This document shows positions 27,744 through 36,420 of a stretch of DNA of 64,000 nt, one piece after another. The DNA is from Candidatus Lustribacter sp. (lineage in GTDB: Bacteria; Vulcanimicrobiota; Vulcanimicrobiia; Vulcanimicrobiales; Vulcanimicrobiaceae). The position numbers and the translations under genes were made by a program. Positions within the stretch are counted from its first letter, which is position 1. Every line of letters begins with the position of its first letter. The notes beneath the pieces were generated by a model. It did no database searches. It saw nothing but the letters and a program-made list of their open reading frames with translations, and was not told the DNA's origin. Where the stretch lies: positions 1,696,001-1,760,000 of the forward strand of contig OZ255842.1 of assembly GCA_965277805.1 (NCBI GenBank), written 5' to 3'.

Positions 27744-29675
27744 CTAGAGTTTGATTCGCTGCTCGAAGATGAAGAGCGTGCTGGTGAAATCGGGCGGCGG
27801 TACGCCGGGTACCGTTGCGTAACCGGCGAAAACCGCGCGCCGCAGCGAGATCAAGCTCGACGTGTGCGGCGACTCGCGCAGTTCGGCGCCGATAAACCCT
27901 TCGTGCTGGCCGAAGTTGACGTTCTGCGTGATGCTGCTGAATTCGCCGGTCATGAAGTACTGTGCGTAGCCGGCCGAAACGGTCGCAAACGGCGTCAGCG
28001 CGCGCGAGGCGTACATCGTGTATTCCGGCGTCACGTAGTTCACGTAGTCGAGCGGATGGCCGGGAGCCGCATCGCGCCGGATCGCATCTTCCGCCCAGTC
28101 GATCGTGAAGTCGGCAATGCCGGCATGCCACGTCGCCCACAGCGCGTACTGGTTCTGACGGCCGAGCGTCGGCGCATCGTTCGCCTGCGGCAGAAAGAAG
28201 CCGTCGACGAAACCGGTTTGCTGCGCGTTCGCGAACGTGATCGGCGCGATCTGGCCGAAGTTCGCATACGACGCGTGCAGTTCCAGCGGACCACCGTTGA
28301 GCTGGTACTTGATGCGATAGCCCTGACGGTCGACGTTCACCGGATAGTTGTTGATCAGCTGATAGTTGGACTTCAGCCACTGGCCGGGCCACGACCACGC
28401 GACCGACCACACGTTTTCGGGCGCACCATACGGCAAGATCGCGGTCGCGTAGTACGGATCGTTGCGGTAGAGATCGAACGACGCCGTTGAACGGCGAATC
28501 GTCTTCGAGAGGCCGGCGTGATAGTAGTTGCCGGGTTGTCCGGAACCGGGCAGCGCGACGCCGTTCGCATCATAGACGGAGTGTCCGTATTCGACCAGCC
28601 CGTCGGCTACGCCGAACAGATGGAACGCCGCGCGCAAGCCGTAGATCGTTTCGCGTTGTCCGCCGATCGTTCCGAACGGCAGCAGCCCTTGCGGCGTGAC
28701 GATCGGCACGCCGGTTGCGAAGAGGATCGTCGTCGGAACGAGGGCGCCGCCGGTCGAGACGTGCGAGACGTCGAGCGAGTAGCGCGTTCCCTCACCGTGA
28801 TCGATGACGAGCGATCCTTGCGTCAAGCGCGCGCCCGAACCGGGCAGCGACGGCAACTCGGCATCGGTCAACTCCACCGTCGCGAGGCCGTGCGAACCGA
28901 CGAGATCGACGCCGTGCAGCGGATAGACGCCGCCGGCGAGGGCCCACCAATCGGCGTTGGGCGGACCGTTGCCCGCGGATTCCGCCGGCAAGATCGCGAG
29001 CGAGGGAATCGCGCTCTGATACGCCGGCTGCGCGAACACGAAGCTATCCGTCTGCACGAGATCGAACCAGCCGCCGCGCAAGCGCAGGCTGCGGTCTTTG
29101 GTCGCGATCTCGCCGCTCAACACCGACGCGACGAACGCGCTGTTGTCGTCTTGCCCCGGTGCACTCGGAAACGCAACGCCGAACCCGAGCATCTGCGAGC
29201 CGATATGCGGATTGAGCGTCGGCATCAGCGACTCGCCCCAGTACGCAGCGTTGGTGGTGCTGCCGGTAACGTAACCCAGACCAAACGTGGCGCTGACGTT
29301 GAAGGACGAGCCGTAATATGTCGGCGTGACGTAGAGCGCCGATTCACCGGTGTTACCGGGCGTCATCGGCGCGCTCGAAAACGTGTCGTAGGGTGACAGC
29401 GGTGCGGCAGGTGAGATGCCGGCGACGAAGCCCGGCGCTTCGGGCAAACCCAGTTGACCGAAGCCGCTCGTGTTCTGCGAGATGAACGTGATGTGCGCGC
29501 CGGCGGCGACGCCGATGGTACCCGGTCGCGGCGTCGGCGCGGGCGAGGCACCCGGCGATGCGGACGGCGCGGGCGACGGCGTGGGCGGCGGAAAGATTTG
29601 CGCGCGGACGGGCGTCGCTATGCACGCGAGTGCGACGGCGATCGCGAACGTCGTCAGGATGGGGTACACGATCAT
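27744..29675 (-). CDS. Secreted, probable outer-membrane beta-barrel hypothetical protein
   Basis: Signal peptide, Pro-rich PTPSPAPSASP linker, aromatic-rich beta pattern ending FIFEQRIKL. Confidence 0.7.
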   Translation of the reverse strand: MIVYPILTTFAIAVALACIATPVRAQIFPPPTPSPAPSASPGASPAPTPRPGTIGVAAGAHITFISQNTSGFGQLGLPEAPGFVAGISPAAPLSPYDTFSSAPMTPGNTGESALYVTPTYYGSSFNVSATFGLGYVTGSTTNAAYWGESLMPTLNPHIGSQMLGFGVAFPSAPGQDDNSAFVASVLSGEIATKDRSLRLRGGWFDLVQTDSFVFAQPAYQSAIPSLAILPAESAGNGPPNADWWALAGGVYPLHGVDLVGSHGLATVELTDAELPSLPGSGARLTQGSLVIDHGEGTRYSLDVSHVSTGGALVPTTILFATGVPIVTPQGLLPFGTIGGQRETIYGLRAAFHLFGVADGLVEYGHSVYDANGVALPGSGQPGNYYHAGLSKTIRRSTASFDLYRNDPYYATAILPYGAPENVWSVAWSWPGQWLKSNYQLINNYPVNVDRQGYRIKYQLNGGPLELHASYANFGQIAPITFANAQQTGFVDGFFLPQANDAPTLGRQNQYALWATWHAGIADFTIDWAEDAIRRDAAPGHPLDYVNYVTPEYTMYASRALTPFATVSAGYAQYFMTGEFSSITQNVNFGQHEGFIGAELRESPHTSSLISLRRAVFAGYATVPGVPPPDFTSTLFIFEQRIKL

Positions 29676-29678
29676 CCG

Positions 29679-30098
29679 CTAATCTTTCTGTAAGACCGCG
29701 TGACCGTCGATGACGGTCTTGCCGTGCTGATTGACGATCGTCGTCGCGCAGTTCAGCCGCCGCTTGCCGGCATCGATCGCAACGAGCTCCGCGCGCGCCG
29801 TCAGCGTATCGCCGATGAATACCGGCCGCTTGAACGCGAGCGTCTGTTCCACATATACGCCGCCCGGCGTACCGAGCATCAAGCCGACGACCGTCGAGAA
29901 CAGGCTGGCCGAGAGCATGCCGTGCGCAACGCGCTGCCCGAAGCGGCTCGCTTTGGCATACTCCGCATCGACGTGCAGCGGATACGTGTCGCCGCTGACG
30001 GCGGCAAACAGCAGGATGTCCGCCTCGGTGATCGTCTTCGAAAACGTCACCGCCTCGCCGACCACGAACGATGAAAATTCACGCGGAACGTGCGCCAT
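29679..30098 (-). CDS. MaoC-family dehydratase
   Basis: FAAVSGDTYPLHVD, RVAHGML, FKRPVFIGDT. Confidence 0.92.
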   Translation of the reverse strand: MAHVPREFSSFVVGEAVTFSKTITEADILLFAAVSGDTYPLHVDAEYAKASRFGQRVAHGMLSASLFSTVVGLMLGTPGGVYVEQTLAFKRPVFIGDTLTARAELVAIDAGKRRLNCATTIVNQHGKTVIDGHAVLQKD

Positions 30099-30174
30099 CT
30101 CAAAGACCCGGCGGCGCCGTGACGAAACGGAAGCTCATGTCCATTCCCCCTTCTGCGACTTGCTTAGGCCTCCC

Positions 30175-30933
30175 GTGCTGACGGCCGACGCCGAGTTCCG
30201 CGCGGTCGCGAACGCCGCGTTCGCCGCATGGCAGCAGCAGCCGCCGTATATCGCCTACCACGTCGACGTCAACGTCAACGTGTCGGCACTCAAGCAGTCG
30301 CGCCGGATCGAGCGCGCGGTAGAAACGCGGACGCGCGACAATCTCGCCGTATTGCAGGACCTGCCGCAGGGGCAGAACCAACTCGGCGGCGCGTTTCCGG
30401 TTCCGCCGACGTTCGATGCGCTAAGCTATTTCAAGATCGACTTCCACCTCGGCGACCCGATCCGGCAGCACAACCCGCTCACCGCGGTCACGATGCTCTC
30501 GCCCGGAGCCGGCCTGCCGCCGCAGCCGCTTCGCTATAGCGATCCGGTACCGTCGAGTCCCGACGTCTCGGTCGTCGTCACCACGCTGCGCAACTACTAC
30601 GCGCAGTACGCTCCCGACTCGACCGACCGCATCGCGCACATCGTGATGCAGCCGCTGCCGGCCCTCACGCGCGACAATAACTCGACGTTCTATCTCAAAG
30701 ACGTCTATGTCGACACGGCGACCAACCTGCCGACGCGCGTCGCTTATTCCGGCACCGCGGCGGACTTCACGGTTGACTATACGACGGTCGATAACCATTG
30801 GATCATTTCGCACGCGAGCTACCGCGCGACGATCTACGCGCCGTTGCACATCGGTCAGACGACGTTCACGACCGAAGCGAGCTACAGCAGGTTTACCTTT
30901 CCGGCCGCCCCGCAGGACCCGCGCCTCAAATAA
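30175..30933 (+). CDS. Hypothetical protein (beta-rich, possibly LolA-like)
   Basis: Long ORF with genome-like codon usage; DVYVDTATNLPTRV; start inferred. Confidence 0.65.
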   Translation: MLTADAEFRAVANAAFAAWQQQPPYIAYHVDVNVNVSALKQSRRIERAVETRTRDNLAVLQDLPQGQNQLGGAFPVPPTFDALSYFKIDFHLGDPIRQHNPLTAVTMLSPGAGLPPQPLRYSDPVPSSPDVSVVVTTLRNYYAQYAPDSTDRIAHIVMQPLPALTRDNNSTFYLKDVYVDTATNLPTRVAYSGTAADFTVDYTTVDNHWIISHASYRATIYAPLHIGQTTFTTEASYSRFTFPAAPQDPRLK

Positions 30934-30990
30934 AAGGCCCGCGTAAAAGGCCCAGCGGCGGGTGCTGCGAATCAGGGGAGTCGACCATTT

Positions 30991-31077
30991 GGAAAGGTGG
31001 CAGAGTGGTCGATTGCACCTGACTCGAAATCAGGAGTCCCTTTGCGGGGACCGGGAGTTCGAATCTCCCCCTTTCCT
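30991..31077 (+). tRNA. tRNA-Ser(CGA), CCA not encoded
   Basis: GGAAAGG/CCTTTCC; loop CT-CGA-AA; long variable arm. Confidence 0.95.
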
Positions 31078-31083
31078 AAAGCT

Positions 31084-31506
31084 TTAGCGGCGCGCGGCGA
31101 AAAACGCCCGCAACTGCGCACCCGTCTCCTCGGCCAGCACGCCGCTCGTTACTGCAACGCGGTGATTGACGACCGGCGAGGCCAGCAGATCGATGACGCC
31201 GCCGGCGGCCCCGCCTTTGGGGTCGGAGCAGCCGAACACCAAGCGTTCGATGCGCGCGGCGGCGATGGCACCCGCGCACATCGCACACGGCTCTTTCGTC
31301 ACGTAGAGCGTGCCGCCGATGCGCCAGCGTCCGAGAACGCGCGCGGCTTGCGCCAGCACGATCATCTCCGCGTGTGCGGTCGGATCCGGCCGCGCTTCTT
31401 TTTCATTCCAGCCTTCGAACATCCAGCCGTCGACGTGCAGTAGCGCGCCGATCGGAACGTCGCCGGCCGCCGCCGCGCGTTCCGCGCACATCATCGCCGT
31501 GCGAAT
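31084..31506 (-). CDS. tadA: tRNA adenosine(34) deaminase; start uncertain
   Basis: GDVPIGA, DPTAHAE, LYVTKEPCAMCAGA, DPKGGA, NH, LRAFFAARR. Confidence 0.9.
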   Translation of the reverse strand: MRTAMMCAERAAAAGDVPIGALLHVDGWMFEGWNEKEARPDPTAHAEMIVLAQAARVLGRWRIGGTLYVTKEPCAMCAGAIAAARIERLVFGCSDPKGGAAGGVIDLLASPVVNHRVAVTSGVLAEETGAQLRAFFAARR

Positions 31507-31531
31507 GCCCGAGTCGTCGTCGGCGGTAAAA

Positions 31532-31608
31532 TGGTGCTCCCGGCCCGGCTCGAACGGGCAACCTCTGCCTTCGGAGGGCAGCGCGCTATCCAATTGTGCC
31601 ACGGGAGC
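31532..31608 (-). tRNA. tRNA-Arg(CCG), CCA encoded
   Basis: GCTCCCG/CGGGAGC; loop CT-CCG-AA; ends ACCA. Confidence 0.96.
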
Positions 31609-31622
31609 GTGGACTCGCCGTT

Positions 31623-31871
31623 CTAAGGCGCGCCTTTATCCTCGGTTCCCGGAACGGGCGCTGAGGTGGGGATGTGTTTGAACAAGTCCAGTTTATGATC
31701 GACGAGACCGCGATAGAACTTGCGCACGCAATCGGGGTGGCCGAAGAAATAGGTGCGCGCGTAGGCTAAGTCGTCCCCCGAACTATCCGGAACGTAGTGT
31801 GAAATTTCGATTTCTTCCATTTGCGCCCGGTCAACCGGGTGCGGGCAGAAATCACAGGGGATCGTCGACAT
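31623..31871 (-). CDS. Small putative Zn-binding protein
   Basis: CDFC...HPDC motif; GAGG RBS. Confidence 0.65.
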   Translation of the reverse strand: MSTIPCDFCPHPVDRAQMEEIEISHYVPDSSGDDLAYARTYFFGHPDCVRKFYRGLVDHKLDLFKHIPTSAPVPGTEDKGAP

Positions 31872-31891
31872 AAGGGTACCTCGAGAAAAAC

Positions 31892-31963
31892 TGACTCGGG
31901 TAGGATTTGAACCTACGACCTAGGGCTTATGAGTCCCCCGCTCTACCACTGAGCTACCGAGCC
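31892..31963 (-). tRNA. tRNA with CAT anticodon (elongator Met; Ile2 not excluded), CCA not encoded
   Basis: GGCTCGG/CCGAGTC; loop CT-CAT-AA; paired 1:72, so not an initiator. Confidence 0.92.
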
Positions 31964-32125
31964 ACTGCGTCCACGCGAGTGGACCGGAGGGAGTTTTCCC
32001 CCGGCCCTTCGACCCCTTTTCGGCTACGGACGTTGCACCATCTCCGAGGCCCGGCCCACAGAGGCTCGCGGGGCCGAGGTGGGCTAATATCGGCTGAAGC
32101 TTTTTTTCCGATCCGGGAGCAAGCG

Positions 32126-32584
32126 TTGAGTATCAGAATCACCGTGAACGGCCGCTCGCACGACGTGCGCGCAACCCCCGAGACGCCGTTGCTCTACGTG
32201 CTGCGCGACGAACTCGCGCTGGACGGCCCCAAATTTGGCTGCGGTCTCGCCCAGTGCGGCGCATGTACGGTCATGATCAAGGGCCGCGCTACGCGCTCGT
32301 GCGTGCTCCCGGTCGCGTCGGTCGAAGCCCCCGTTACGACGGTGGAGGGACTCGGAACGCCGGCCCATCCGCACCCCGTGCAACGCGCGTTCGTCGCCGA
32401 GCAAGCGGCACAGTGCGGCTACTGCATCTCCGGAATGGTGGTGGCCTCGGCCGCGCTGTTGGCCGAACATCCGCATCCGAGCGACGCGCAGATCCGCCAA
32501 GCGCTCGACGGCAATCTCTGCCGTTGCGGTTCGCATCTGCGGATCATGCGCGCGGTGAAAAGCGCCGCCGGAGAACGCGTCTGA
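32126..32584 (+). CDS. (2Fe-2S) small subunit of molybdenum hydroxylase (IorA/CoxS-like)
   Basis: KFGCGLAQCGAC, AQCGYC, GNLCRCG. Confidence 0.93.
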   Translation: MSIRITVNGRSHDVRATPETPLLYVLRDELALDGPKFGCGLAQCGACTVMIKGRATRSCVLPVASVEAPVTTVEGLGTPAHPHPVQRAFVAEQAAQCGYCISGMVVASAALLAEHPHPSDAQIRQALDGNLCRCGSHLRIMRAVKSAAGERV

Positions 32585-34815
32585 TGCTCGCACGCAGCAG
32601 CTTCCTCGCGCGCGGCGCCGGCATCGTGATCGCGTTCTCGATGCCGCGCGACGCATTCGCGCAGACCAACCCCACGAAACCGGCCGGGCCGTCGGTGCAG
32701 GAGACAAATCCGGTCGGCAACGCCGCGGTAACCGACTATGTCGATAACTGGCTCGCCATCAACCGCACCGGAACGGTGACGGTGCACTTCGGAAAAGTCG
32801 AACTCGGGACCGGCATCCAAACCGCGATCGCGCAGATCGTCGCCGACGAGCTCGACGTGCCGTTCGCGAGCGTGAGCGTCGCCGCCGCCGACACGAGCAA
32901 CACGCCCGATCAGGGCTACACCGCCGGCAGCGCATCGCTGAGTGCCGGCGCGATTCCGGTACGCCAAGCGGCCGCGGAAGCGCGGCTCGCCGTGCTCGAT
33001 CTTGCGGCGACGCACTTCGGCGTGGCGCCGAGCCGGCTCGTCACTGCCGGCGGCGAGGTCCGCGTCGCAGGCGAAACGCGGCGCGTGAGCTACGGCGAAC
33101 TCGCCGGCGGCCGTCCCATCCACCGCACGATCGCGAAAGCCACCAAGGTGAAGGATCCCGACGCCTATCGCGTGGTCGGGAAGCCGATCGCGCGCGTCGA
33201 TCTGCCGGCCAAGGTGTACGGCTCGTTCGATTATCTGCAGAATTTGCGGCTGCCGGGAATGCTGCACGGGCGCGTCATCCGGCCCGCGCCGATCGGTGCG
33301 AAGCTCGCGAAGGTCGATGAATCCTCGCTCGGCGGATTGAACGGCGTACGCGTCGTGAAACGCGACGCCTTTCTCGGCGTCGTCGCCCCCGACGAGTGGA
33401 CTGCCATTCAAGCGATGCGCCAGCTCAAGGTGTCCTGGAGCGGCGGCGGCATGGAACCGGTGACCGATCTCGCCGCGGCGGTGCGCGCGGTTCCGCTCGT
33501 CAACGAGAAGGCGATCGTCGACACCGGCAACTTCGCCGCACTCGATAGCAACGCGCTCAACGCAACCTACGTGTGGCCATACCAGACGCACGGTTCGATC
33601 GGACCCTCGTGCGGCATCGCCGACGTGCGCGACGGCAAGGCGACGGTGTGGTCGTCGACGCAGGGCATCTTCTTCTTGCGCGGTGCGCTCGCGAAGCTCC
33701 TCGGATTGCCCAACAGCGCGGTGGAAGTGAAATACGGCGAAGGCTCGGGCTGTTACGGCCACAACGGTTCGGACGATGCCGCCGCCGACGCCGCGCTGCT
33801 CTCGCAAGCCGTCGGCGCGCCGGTGCGCGTGCAGTGGATGCGCGATCAGGAGCATGGCTGTGATCCGAAGGGTCCGGCGATGGTCATCACCCAGAGCGCC
33901 GCGCTCGACGCGACGCAGCGCATCAGCACGTGGCGCAGCGACGTGTGGTCGCCCTCGCACTCGGCGCGCCCGCAAGGCGAGGCCGGCAACCTCCTCGCGG
34001 GCAAACTCACCGGCGTTCCGACGCCGAAGAACGCGTTCGTCGGCGGCGACCGCGACGCGAAGGTCAACTACCAGATCCCCAACTACCGCGTCACGATGCA
34101 CAACCTGATCGACGGCGTGCTGCACTCCTCGGCCATGCGCGGACTCGGCGGCACGCAGAACACGTTCGCCAACGAATCGTTCATGGACGAGCTCGCGACG
34201 GCCGCCAAGGCCGACCCGTTGGCGTTTCGCCGCGCGCATCTCGCCAACGACCAGCGCGCACTCGACCTGCTGGCCGCGCTCGAAAAACTCGGCAAGTGGG
34301 AAGCCCGGGTCGCTGCATCCGCCGTGAACGCATCGGACCGCACGGCGCATGGTCGCGGGCTCTCGTTCGTGCGCTATGAGAATACCGAAGCGTACGTGGC
34401 CTGCATCGCCGACGTCACCGTCGATCGCAAAACCGGCTACGTACGCGTCGGGCACTTGGCGATCGCACACGATTGCGGGCTGATCGTCAACCCGAACGGT
34501 CTGCGCAATCAGATCGAAGGCAACGCGATTCAGGCGATGAGCCGGACGCTCAAGGAAGCCGTGGCGTTCAATACCAGCGGCGTCATCAGCCTCGACTGGC
34601 ACAGCTATCCGATCGTGCGCTTCAGCGAGGTTCCGGACGTCTCGATCGCGCTCGTCAACCGTCCGCACGAGCCGGTGCTGGGCGCGGGCGAAGCGACCAC
34701 CGTCGTGATCGCGCCCGCGATCGGCAACGCCATTCACGACGCAACCGGACTTCGTTTGCGCGAAGTGCCGTTCACCCCGGACCGCGTTGCGGCCGCACTA
34801 AGGAGCCTTACATGA
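32584..34815 (+). CDS. Molybdopterin-binding subunit, xanthine oxidase family (nicotinate/isoquinoline oxidoreductase-like)
   Basis: GKVELGTG, GSGCYGHNG, AMRGLG, AHDCGLIVNP..NQIEG, GAGE, IGNAIHDATGLRLR. Confidence 0.92.
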   Translation: MLARSSFLARGAGIVIAFSMPRDAFAQTNPTKPAGPSVQETNPVGNAAVTDYVDNWLAINRTGTVTVHFGKVELGTGIQTAIAQIVADELDVPFASVSVAAADTSNTPDQGYTAGSASLSAGAIPVRQAAAEARLAVLDLAATHFGVAPSRLVTAGGEVRVAGETRRVSYGELAGGRPIHRTIAKATKVKDPDAYRVVGKPIARVDLPAKVYGSFDYLQNLRLPGMLHGRVIRPAPIGAKLAKVDESSLGGLNGVRVVKRDAFLGVVAPDEWTAIQAMRQLKVSWSGGGMEPVTDLAAAVRAVPLVNEKAIVDTGNFAALDSNALNATYVWPYQTHGSIGPSCGIADVRDGKATVWSSTQGIFFLRGALAKLLGLPNSAVEVKYGEGSGCYGHNGSDDAAADAALLSQAVGAPVRVQWMRDQEHGCDPKGPAMVITQSAALDATQRISTWRSDVWSPSHSARPQGEAGNLLAGKLTGVPTPKNAFVGGDRDAKVNYQIPNYRVTMHNLIDGVLHSSAMRGLGGTQNTFANESFMDELATAAKADPLAFRRAHLANDQRALDLLAALEKLGKWEARVAASAVNASDRTAHGRGLSFVRYENTEAYVACIADVTVDRKTGYVRVGHLAIAHDCGLIVNPNGLRNQIEGNAIQAMSRTLKEAVAFNTSGVISLDWHSYPIVRFSEVPDVSIALVNRPHEPVLGAGEATTVVIAPAIGNAIHDATGLRLREVPFTPDRVAAALRSLT

Positions 34816-35750
34816 ACCGACGCAACGCGCTGGCCGGTCTCGGTGCCGGACTCGCCGCCGCCGCCGCGCCGCGGGCCGTCTTCGCCGCGAACGATCCCTT
34901 ACACATCGCCTCGATCCCGCTCGACGCCGGCGCTGAGGCGTACTACGCCTACGACATGGGCTACTTCCGCGACGCCGGCATCGAGGCGACCGTCGACTCG
35001 ATGGCCAGCGGCGCCGCGATTCTCCCCGCGGTAACCTCGGGTGCGGTGGACGTCGGTTTCTCGAACCTGATCTCGATCGCCGTCGCCTACAAACACAACG
35101 TGCCGCTGACGCTGCTCGCTCCCGGGAGTCTCTACACGGCGAGCATCCCGACGTCGGTGCTGATGGTGCCGGCCAACTCGCCGGCCAAGACCGCGCGCGA
35201 CCTCAACGGCAAGACCCTAGCCGTCAACGGTCTCAAGACGATCACCCAGTACGCGCCCGAATTGTGGATCGACAAAAACGGCGGTGATTCCACCAGCGTG
35301 AAGTTCGTCGAGATGACGTTTCCGCAGATCGTCGAGGCGCTCGGCACGAACCGCATCGATGCGGCGATCGTCGCCGACCCGTTCATAGCGCAGGCAAAGC
35401 CGGCCGCGCGCATCCTCGCCGACGCCTACGACGCGATCGGATCGCGCTACATCATCGGCTGCTGGTTTTCAACCACGCAGTGGGCGCAGACGCATTCCGC
35501 GCTCGCCGGCCGGTTCGCGCAAGCCATCGCCCGCACCGCGCAGTGGGCCAATACGCACAAGCCGGCGAGCGGAGCGATTCTCGCCAAGTACAGCAAGATG
35601 GATCCGGCCGTCGCCGCGACGATGCTGCGCGTGGACTACGCGCCGCGCTTCGTCAAATCCGACATGCAGCCGGTGATCGATCTCGTCGCCCGCTACGGCG
35701 GACTTCCCGCCACGTTCCCAGCCGACGAACTGATCTTCAAACCAGCCTAA
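34812..35750 (+). CDS. NitT/TauT ABC substrate-binding protein, Tat signal
   Basis: AAGGAG RBS, ATGA overlap; MNRRNALAGL; DLNGKTLAV. Confidence 0.88.
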   Translation: MNRRNALAGLGAGLAAAAAPRAVFAANDPLHIASIPLDAGAEAYYAYDMGYFRDAGIEATVDSMASGAAILPAVTSGAVDVGFSNLISIAVAYKHNVPLTLLAPGSLYTASIPTSVLMVPANSPAKTARDLNGKTLAVNGLKTITQYAPELWIDKNGGDSTSVKFVEMTFPQIVEALGTNRIDAAIVADPFIAQAKPAARILADAYDAIGSRYIIGCWFSTTQWAQTHSALAGRFAQAIARTAQWANTHKPASGAILAKYSKMDPAVAATMLRVDYAPRFVKSDMQPVIDLVARYGGLPATFPADELIFKPA

Positions 35751-36397
35751 ATAAACTGCGCGACTTCGGCGGGTTCGAGACGCGGCAAGCGCGGGAAGTA
35801 CTTCGTGTCGTCGCCGTACCCGATGTTGATCAGGAAGAGCGAGATTAAACGGCCGTCGGGAAAGAACTCGGCGTCCGTCTTCGCGCGATCGAAGCCGCCC
35901 ATCGGCCCGCAGTCGAGCCCGAGGGCGCGCGCGGCAAGGGTGAAGTAGCCCATCTGCAAGAGCGCGTTGTCGCGCGCAAACATGCGGGTCGTTTCGAGTT
36001 TGTCCTCGCCCTTGAAGTTGTCGGCCATCTGCGGCCGGGTCGGGAACAGGCGCGGGATGTTCTCGTAGAATTTCAGGTCGGCAGCAACGATCGCCGTGGC
36101 GGGCGCGGCCATCGTCTTCGCCTGATTCGTCGGGCCCACGCACGGGTTCAACCGTTCCTTCGCTTCGCGCGAGGTCACGAACACGAAGCGCACCGGCAGC
36201 GTGTTGGCGCTGGTCGGCCCGAGTTCGGTGATCTCGACGACGCGTTCGAGCAATTCGCGCGGCACCGGCGCATCGACGAAGCCGTTCGCGGTTCGTGCTT
36301 CGAGGAACAACGTCCGCAGCGCGCGTTCGTCGACGGTACGCTGTTGCTTGAGGGCAACGATTTGTTCGAGGGTCGGCGGCGTCTCTGAAAGGTTCAC
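35747..36397 (-). CDS. rutE: RutE-like malonic semialdehyde reductase (nitroreductase family)
   Basis: LFLEARTANGF, GPTSAN..P.RFVFV, LAARALGLDCGPMGGFD, FPRLPRL. Confidence 0.85.
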   Translation of the reverse strand: MNLSETPPTLEQIVALKQQRTVDERALRTLFLEARTANGFVDAPVPRELLERVVEITELGPTSANTLPVRFVFVTSREAKERLNPCVGPTNQAKTMAAPATAIVAADLKFYENIPRLFPTRPQMADNFKGEDKLETTRMFARDNALLQMGYFTLAARALGLDCGPMGGFDRAKTDAEFFPDGRLISLFLINIGYGDDTKYFPRLPRLEPAEVAQFI

Positions 36398-36420
36398 GAT
36401 GCGCCCAACCCCGGCAGGGG

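Noticed and set aside
31892-31963. A31-G39 mismatch in the CAT tRNA as a sign of a pseudogene
   Set aside because: The rest of the cloverleaf is intact, and I recall the same GGACTCATAAGCC arm in cyanobacterial tRNA-Met.
32419-34737. Long antisense and alternative-frame ORFs (also 44556-46760, 47072-48658, 49428-50783)
   Set aside because: Arg/Ala-rich shadows of real genes, expected at high GC; no motifs.
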